From Auanema rhodensis (taxonomy: Eukaryota > Animalia > Nematoda), in NCBI GenBank assembly GCA_964057225.1, contig OZ059895.1, forward strand, positions 62,001 through 126,000: a DNA stretch of 64,000 bases. The letters run 5' to 3'. Position numbers and translations under genes: made by a program. The notes below the pieces were generated by a model. It was given only the letters and a program-made list of their open reading frames with translations, did not search any database and had not been told where the DNA came from. This document shows, piece after piece, positions 55,814-64,000 of this stretch. Every line of letters begins with the position of its first letter. Positions within the stretch are counted from its first letter, which is position 1.

Positions 55814-58800
55814 TACATTTAATTAGCATAAATTTACATTTAATTGGCATAAATTAAAGTTCACGTAAATTTCAAAGTCATGGTTACCATGAACCAATAT
55901 CAATAAAAATTTGTTTTTAGACTAATATGGACATGGGGAATCTAATTTTGAAAACCGCATCTCTTTATCTTTCACGTGAAGCGAGTTACAAACCAAGTGC
56001 ACATCACGTGTACATTTAATTAGCATAAATTAAAGTTCACGTAAATTTCAAAGTCATGGTTACCATGCACCAATATCAATAAAAATTTGTTGTTAGACTA
56101 ATATGGACATGGGGAATCTAATTTTGAAAACCGCATCTCTCTATCTTTCACGTGAAGCGAGTTACATACCAAGTGTACATCACGTGTACATTTAATTAGC
56201 ATAAATTAAAGTTCACGTAAATTTCAAAGTCATGGTTACCATGCACCAATATCAATAAAAATTTGTTGTTAGACTAATATGGACATGGGGAATCTAATTT
56301 TGAAAACCGCATCTCTTTATCTTTCACGTGAAGCGAGTTACAAACCAAGTGCACATCACGTGTACATTTAATTAGCATAAATTAAAGTTCACGTAAATTT
56401 CAAAGTCATGGTTACCATGCACCAATATCAATAAAAATTTGTTGTTAGACTAATATGGACATGGGGAATCTAATTTTGAAAACCGCATCTCTCTATCTTT
56501 CACGTGAAGCGAGTTACATACCAAGTGCACATCACGTGTACATTTAATTAGCATAAATTAAAGTTCACGTAAATTTCAAAGTCATGGTTACCATGCACCA
56601 ATATCAATAAAAATTTGTTGTTAGACTAATATGGACATGGGGAATCTAATTTTGAAAACCGCATCTCTTTATCTTTCACGTGAAGCGAGTTACATACCAA
56701 GTGCACATCACGTGTACATTTAATTAGCATAAATTTACATTTAATTGGCATAAATTAAAGTTCACGTAAATTTCAAAGTCATGGTTACCATGAACCAATA
56801 TCAATAAAAATTTGTTTTTAGACTAATATGGACATGTGGAATCTAATTTTGAAAACCGCATCTCTTTATCTTTCACGTGAAGCGAGTTACAAACCAAGTG
56901 CACATCACGTGTACATTTAATTAGCATAAATTAAAGTTCACGTAAATTTCAAAGTCATGGTTACCATGAACCAATATCAATAAAAATTTGTTTTTAGACT
57001 AATATGGACATGGGGAATCTAATTTTGAAAACCGCATCTCTTTATCTTTCACGTGAAGCGAGTTACATACCAAGTGCACATCGCGTGTACATTTAATTAG
57101 CATAAATTAAAGTTCACGTAAATTTCAAAGTCATGGTTACCATGCACCAATATCAATAAAAATTTGTTGTTAGACTAATATGGACATGGGGAATCTAATT
57201 TTGAAAACCGCATCTCTTTATCTTTCACGTGAAGCGAGTTACATACCAAGTGCCCATCACGTGTACATTTAATTAGCATAAATTAAAGTTCACGTAAATT
57301 TCAAAGTCATGGTTACCATGCACCAATATCAATAAAAATTTGTTGTTAGACTAATATGGACATGGGGAATCTAATTTTGAAAACCGCATCTCTTTATCTT
57401 TCACGTGAAGCGAGTTACAAACCAAGTGCACATCACGTGTACATTTAATTAGCATAAATTAAAGTTCACGTAAATTTCAAAGTCATGGTTACCATGCACC
57501 AATATCAATAAAAATTTGTTGTTAGACTAATATGGACATGGGGAATCTAATTTTGAAAACCGCATCTCTCTATCTTTCACGTGAAGCGAGTTACATACCA
57601 AGTGCACATCACGTGTACATTTAATTAGCATAAATTAAAGTTCACGTAAATTTCAAAGTCATGGTTACCATGCACCAATATCAATAAAAATTTGTTGTTA
57701 GACTAATATGGACATGGGGAATCTAATTTTGAAAACCGCATCTCTTTATCTTTCACGTGAAGCGAGTTACATACCAAGTGCACATCACGTGTACATTTAA
57801 TTAGCATAAATTTACATTTAATTGGCATAAATTAAAGTTCACGTAAATTTCAAAGTCATGGTTACCATGAACCAATATCAATAAAAATTTGTTTTTAGAC
57901 TAATATGGACATGTGGAATCTAATTTTGAAAACCGCATCTCTTTATCTTTCACGTGAAGCGAGTTACAAACCAAGTGCACATCATGTGTACATTTAATTA
58001 GCATAAATTAAAGTTCACGTAAATTTCAAAGTCATGGTTACCATGAACCAATATCAATAAAAATTTGTTTTTAGACTAATATGGACATGGGGAATCTAAT
58101 TTTGAAAACCGCATCTCTTTATCTTTCACGTGAAGCGAGTTACATACCAAGTGCACATCGCGTGTACATTTAATTAGCATAAATTAAAGTTCACGTAAAT
58201 TTCAAAGTCATGGTTACCATGCACCAATATCAATAAAAATTTGTTGTTAGACTAATATGGACATGGGGAATCTAATTTTGAAAACCGCATCTCTTTATCT
58301 TTCACGTGAAGCGAGTTACATACCAAGTGCCCATCACGTGTACATTTAATTAGCATAAATTAAAGTTCACGTAAATTTCAAAGTCATGGTTACCATGAAC
58401 CAATATCAATAAAAATTTGTTTTTAGACTAATATGGACATGGGGAATCTAATTTTGAAAACCGCATCCCTTTATCTTTCACGTGAAGCGAGTTACATACC
58501 AAGTGCACATCACGTGTACATTTAATTAGCATAAATTAAAGTTCACGTAAATTTCAAAGTCATGGTTACCATGAACCAATATCAATAAAAATTTGTTTTT
58601 ATACTAATATGGACATGGGGAATCTAATTTTGAAAACCGCATCTCTTTATCTTTCACGTGAAGCGAGTTACATACCAAGTGCACATCGCGTGTACATTTA
58701 ATTAGCATAAATTAAAGTTCACGTAAATTTCAAAGTCATGGTTACCATGAACCAATATCAATAAAAATTTGTTTTTAGACTAATATGGACATGGGGAATC

Positions 58801-61800
58801 TAATTTTGAAAACCGCATCTTTTTATCTTTCACGTGAAGCGAGTTGCATACCAAGTGCACATCACGTGTACATTTAATTAGCATAAATTAAAGTTCACGT
58901 AAATTTCAAAGTCATGGTTACCATGAACCAATATCAATAAAAATTTGTTTTTAGACTAATATGGACATGGGGAATCTAATTTTGAAAACCGCATCTCTTT
59001 ATCTTTCACGTGAAGCGAGTTACATACCAAGTGCCCATCACGTGTACATTTAATTAGCATAAATTTACATTTAATTGGCATAAATTAAAGTTCACGTAAA
59101 TTTCAAAGTCATGGTTACCATGAACCAATATCAATAAAAATTTGTTTTTAGACTAATATGGACATGGGGAATCTAATTTTGAAAACCGCATCTCTTTATC
59201 TTTCACGTGAAGCGAGTTACAAACCAAGTGCACATCACGTGTACATTTAATTAGCATAAATTAAAGTTCACGTAAATTTCAAAGTCATGGTTACCATGAA
59301 CCAATATCAATAAAAATTTGTTTTTAGACTAATATAGACATGGGGAATCTAATTTTGAAAACCGCATCTCTTTATCTTTCACGTGAAGCGAGTTACATAC
59401 CAAGTGCACATCACGTGTACATTTAATTAGCATAAATTAAAGTTCACGTAAATTTCAAAGTCATGGTTACCATGCACCAATATCAATAAAAATTTGTTGT
59501 TAGACTAATATGGACATGGGGAATCTAATTTTGAAAACCGCATCTCTTTATCTTTCACGTGAAGCGAGTTACATACCAAGTGCACATCACGTGTACATTT
59601 AATTAGCATAAATTAAAGTTCACGTAAATTTCAAAGTCATGGTTACCATGCACCAATATCAATAAAAATTTGTTGTTAGACTAATATGGACATGGGGAAT
59701 CTAATTTTGAAAACCGCATCTCTTTATCTTTCACGTGAAGCGAGTTACATTACAAGTGCACATCACGTGTACATTTAATTAGCATAAATTAAAGTTCACG
59801 TAAATTTCAAAGTCATGGTTACCATGCACCAATATCAATAAAAATTTGTTTTTAGACTAATATGGACATGGGGAATCTAATTTTGAAAACCGCATCTCTT
59901 TATCTTTCACGTGAAGCGAGTTACATACCAAGTGCACATCACGTGTACATTAAATTAGCATAAATTAAAGTTCACGTAAATTTCAAAGTCATGGTTACCA
60001 TGCACCAATATCAATAAAAATTGGTTTTTAGACTAATATGGACATGGGGAATCTAATTTTGAAAACCGCATCTCTTTATCTTTCACGTGAAGCGAGTTAC
60101 ATACCAAGTGCACATCACGTGTACATTTAATTAGCATAAATTTACATTTAATTGGCATAAATTAAAGTTCACGTAAATTTCAAAGTCATGGTTACCATGC
60201 ACCAATATCAATAAAAATTTGTTGTTAGACTAATATGGACATGGGGAATCTAATTTTGAAAACCGCATCTCTTTATCTTTCACGTGAAGCGAGTTGCATA
60301 CCAAGTGCACATCACGTGTACATTTAATTAGCATAAATTAAAGTTCACGTAAATTTCAAAGTCATGGTTACCATGCACCAATATCAATAAAAATTTGTTG
60401 TTAGACTAATATGGACATGAGGAATCTAATTTTGAAAACCGCATCTCTCTATCTTTCACGTGAAGCGAGTTACATACCAAGTGCACATCACGTGTACATT
60501 TAATTAGCATAAATTAAAGTTCACGTAAATTTCAAAGTCATGGTTACCATGCACCAATATCAATAAAAATTTGTTGTTAGACTAATATGGACATGGGGAA
60601 TCTAATTTTGAAAACCGCATCTCTTTATCTTTCACGTGAAGCGAGTTACATACCAAGTGCACATCACGTGTACATTTAATTAGCATAAATTTACATTTAA
60701 TTGGCATAAATTAAAGTTCACGTAAATTTCAAAGTCATGGTTACCATGAACCAATATCAATAAAAATTTGTTTTTAGACTAATATGGACATGGGGAATCT
60801 AATTTTGAAAACCGCATCTCTTTATCTTTCACGTGAAGCGAGTAACAAACCAAGTGCACATCACGTGTACATTTAATTAGCATAAATTAAAGTTCACGTA
60901 AATTTCAAAGTCATGGTTACCATGAACCAATATCAATAAAAATTTGTTTTTAGACTAATATGGACATGGGGAATCTAATTTTGAAAACCGCATCTCTTTA
61001 TCTTTCACGTGAAGCGAGTAACAAACCAAGTGCACATCACGTGTACATTTAATTAGCATAAATTAAAGTTCACGTAAATTTCAAAGTAATGGTTACCATG
61101 CACCAATATCAATAAAAATTTGTTTTTAGACTAATATGGACATGGGGAATCTAATTTTGAAACCCGCATCTCTTTATCTTTCACGTGAAGCGAGTTACAT
61201 ACCAAGTGCACATCACGTGTACATTTAATTAGCATAAATTTACATTTAATTGGCATAAATTAAAGTTCACGTAAATTTCAAAGTCATGGTTACCATGCAC
61301 CAATATCAATAAAAATTTGTTGTTAGACTAATATGGACATGGGGAATCTAATTTTGAAAACCGCATCTCTTTATCTTTCACGTGAAGCGAGTTGCATACC
61401 AAGTGCACATCACGTGTACATTTAATTAGCATAAATTAAAGTTCACGTAAATTTCAAAGTCATGGTTACCATGCACCAATATCAATAAAAATTTGTTGTT
61501 AGACTAATATGGACATGGGGAATCTAATTTTGAAAACCGCATCTCTTTATCTTTCACGTGAAGCGAGTTGCATACCAAGTGCACATCACGTGTACATTTA
61601 ATTAGCATAAATTAAAGTTCACGTAAATTTCAAAGTCATGGTTACCATGCACCAATATCAATAAAAATTTGTTGTTAGACTAATATGGACATGGGGAATC
61701 TAATTTTGAAAACCGCATCTCTTTATCTTTCACGTGAAGCGAGTTACATACCAAGTGCACATCACGTGTACATTTAATTAGCATAAATTTACATTTAATT

Positions 61801-64000
61801 GGCATAAATTAAAGTTCACGTAAATTTCAAAGTCATGGTTACCATGAACCAATATCAATAAAAATTTGTTTTTAGACTAATATGGACATGGGGAATCTAA
61901 TTTTGAAAACCGCATCTCTTTATCTTTCACGTGAAGCGAGTAACAAACCAAGTGCACATCACGTGTACATTTAATTAGCATAAATTAAAGTTCACGTAAA
62001 TTTCAAAGTCATGGTTACCATGAACCAATATCAATAAAAATTTGTTTTTAGACTAATATGGACATGGGGAATCTAATTTTGAAAACCGCATCTCTTTATC
62101 TTTCACGTGAAGCGAGTAACAAACCAAGTGCACATCACGTGTACATTTAATTAGCATAAATTAAAGTTCACGTAAATTTCAAAGTAATGGTTACCATGCA
62201 CCAATATCAATAAAAATTTGTTTTTAGACTAATATGGACATGGGGAATCTAATTTTGAAAACCGCATCTCTTTATCTTTCACGTGAAGCGAGTTACATAC
62301 CAAGTGCACATCACGTGTACATTTAATTAGCATAAATTAAAGTTCACGTAAATTTCAAAGTCATGGTTACCATGCACCAATATCAATAAAAATTTGTTTT
62401 TAGACTAATATGGACATGGGGAATCTAATTTTGAAAACCGCATCTCTTTATCTTTCACGTGAAGCGAGTTACATACCAAGTGCACATCACGTGTACATTT
62501 AATTAGCATAAATTAAAGTTCACGTAAATTTCAAAGTCATGGTTACCATGCACCAATATCAATAAAAATTTGTTTTTAGACTAATATGGACATGGGGAAT
62601 CTAATTTTGAAAACCGCATCTCTTTATCTTTCACGTGAAGCGAGTTACATACCAAGTGCACATCACGTGTACATTTAATTAGCATAAATTAAAGTTCACG
62701 TAAATTTCAAAGTCATGGTTACCATGCACCAATATCAATAAAAATTTGTTTTTAGACTAATATGGACATGGGGAATCTAATTTTGAAAACCGCATCTCTT
62801 TATCTTTCACGTGAAGCGAGTTGCATACCAAGTGCACATCACGTGTACATTTAATTAGCATAAATTAAAGTTCACGTAAATTTCAAAGTCATGGTTACCA
62901 TGAACCAATATCAATAAAAATTTGTTTTTAGACTAATATGGACATGGGGAATCTAATTTTGAAAACCGCATCTCTTTATCTTTCACGTGAAGCGAGTTAC
63001 ATACCAAGTGCACATCACGTGTACATTTAATTAGCATAAATTAAAGTTCACGTAAATTTCAAAGTCATGGTTACCATGAACCAATATCAATAAAAATTTG
63101 TGTTTAGACTAATATGGACATGGGGAATCTAATTTTGAAAACCGCATCTCTTTATCTTTCACGTGAAGCGAGTTACATACCAAGTGCACATCACGTGTAC
63201 ATTTAATTAGCATAAATTAAAGTTCACGTAAATTTCAAAGTCATGGTTACCATGCACCAATATCAATAAAAATTTGTTGTTAGACTAATATGGACATGGG
63301 GAATCTAATTTTGAAAACCGCATCTCTTTATCTTTCACGTGAAGCGAGTTACATACCAAGTGCACATCACGTGTACATTTAATTAGCATAAATTTACATT
63401 TAATTGGCATAAATTAAAGTTCACGTAAATTTCAAAGTCATGGTTACCATGAACCAATATCAATAAAAATTTGTTTTTAGACTAATATGGACATGGGGAA
63501 TCTAATTTTGAAAACCGCATCTCTTTATCTTTCACGTGAAGCGAGTTACAAACCAAGTGCACATCACGTGTACATTTAATTAGCATAAATTAAAGTTCAC
63601 GTAAATTTCAAAGTCATGGTTACCATGAACCAATATCAATAAAAATTTGTTTTTATACTAATATGGACATGGGGAATCTAATTTTGAGAACCGCATCTCT
63701 TTATCTTTCACGTGAAGCGAGTTGCATACCAAGTGCACATCACGTGTACATTTAATTAGCATAAATTAAAGTTCACGTAAATTTCAAAGTCATGGTTACC
63801 ATGCACCAATATCAATAAAAATTTGTTGTTAGACTAATATGGACATGGGGAATCTAATTTTGAAAACCGCATCTCTCTATCTTTCACGTGAAGCGAGTTA
63901 CATACCAAGTGCACATCACGTGTACATTTAATTAGCATAAATTAAAGTTCACGTAAATTTCAAAGTCATGGTTACCATGCACCAATATCAATAAAAATTT
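55814..64000. repeat. Right sub-domain: 197-mers and left-type variants return
   Basis: 197-mers lie near 55.8, 56.7, 57.8, 59.1, 60.1, 60.7, 61.2, 61.8 and 63.4 kb. ACAAACC, GTGCCC and TATACT reappear, and C13T is no longer seen. Confidence 0.85.

Larger units (their letters stand above)
1..64000. repeat. Tandem satellite DNA array, 176-bp monomer, ~360 copies, single orientation, running off both window ends; probable centromeric/pericentromeric satellite of an unidentified eukaryote
   Basis: TAATTTTGAAAACCGC recurs at 1, 177, 374, 550 ... 63855. Coordinate arithmetic closes exactly: 22800=127x176+21x21+8-1; 36000=204x176+5x21-9; 5054=28x176+6x21. No non-repeat sequence or inversion was seen. 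The centromeric role is inferred from unit size and homogeneity only. Confidence 0.98.

Noticed and set aside
1-64000. CRISPR-like array (palindromic repeats at regular spacing)
   Set aside because: There are no unique spacers, the entire unit is repeated, and there is no leader or cas gene.
1-64000. Tandem 5S rRNA, tRNA or snRNA gene array, or embedded transposon/inversion
   Set aside because: There are no recognisable RNA gene motifs, and the coordinate arithmetic accounts for every base as monomers in one orientation, leaving no room for insertions.

Overview
The whole 64-kb window is one uninterrupted head-to-tail satellite DNA array in a single orientation. It contains no genes, RNA genes, transposons or CRISPR array. 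The monomer is 176 bp and about 33% GC. Consensus, numbered from window position 1: TAATTTTGAAAACCGCATCTCTTTATCTTTCACGTGAAGCGAGTTACATACCAAGTGCACATCACGTGTACATTTAATTAGCATAAATTAAAGTTCACGTAAATTTCAAAGTCATGGTTACCATG[C/A]ACCAATATCAATAAAAATT[T/G]GTT[G/T]TTAGACTAATATGGACATGGGGAATC. Counting by hand, and checking against monomer start coordinates 1, 22801, 58801 and 63855, gives 359 complete monomers plus a 146-bp partial one. Of these, 316 are 176 bp, 32 are 197 bp (internal 21-bp duplication), 10 are 175 bp and one is 184 bp. Monomers differ from the consensus by only a few bases. The nucleosome-sized, AT-rich, highly homogeneous unit is typical of a eukaryotic centromeric or pericentromeric satellite, but I do not recognise the family or organism, and centromeric function is an inference. 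The information lies in the variant pattern. Two related flanks carrying 197-mers surround a ~31.5-kb core that has none. The array contains nested tandem duplications and higher-order repeats (2-, 4-, 6-, 7-, 14-, 22-, 25- and 34-mers). The monomer is rich in palindromes and carries two CACGTG boxes, and its length changes cluster in one segment. I found no protein- or RNA-based novel system; the most promising lead is the architecture of the array.
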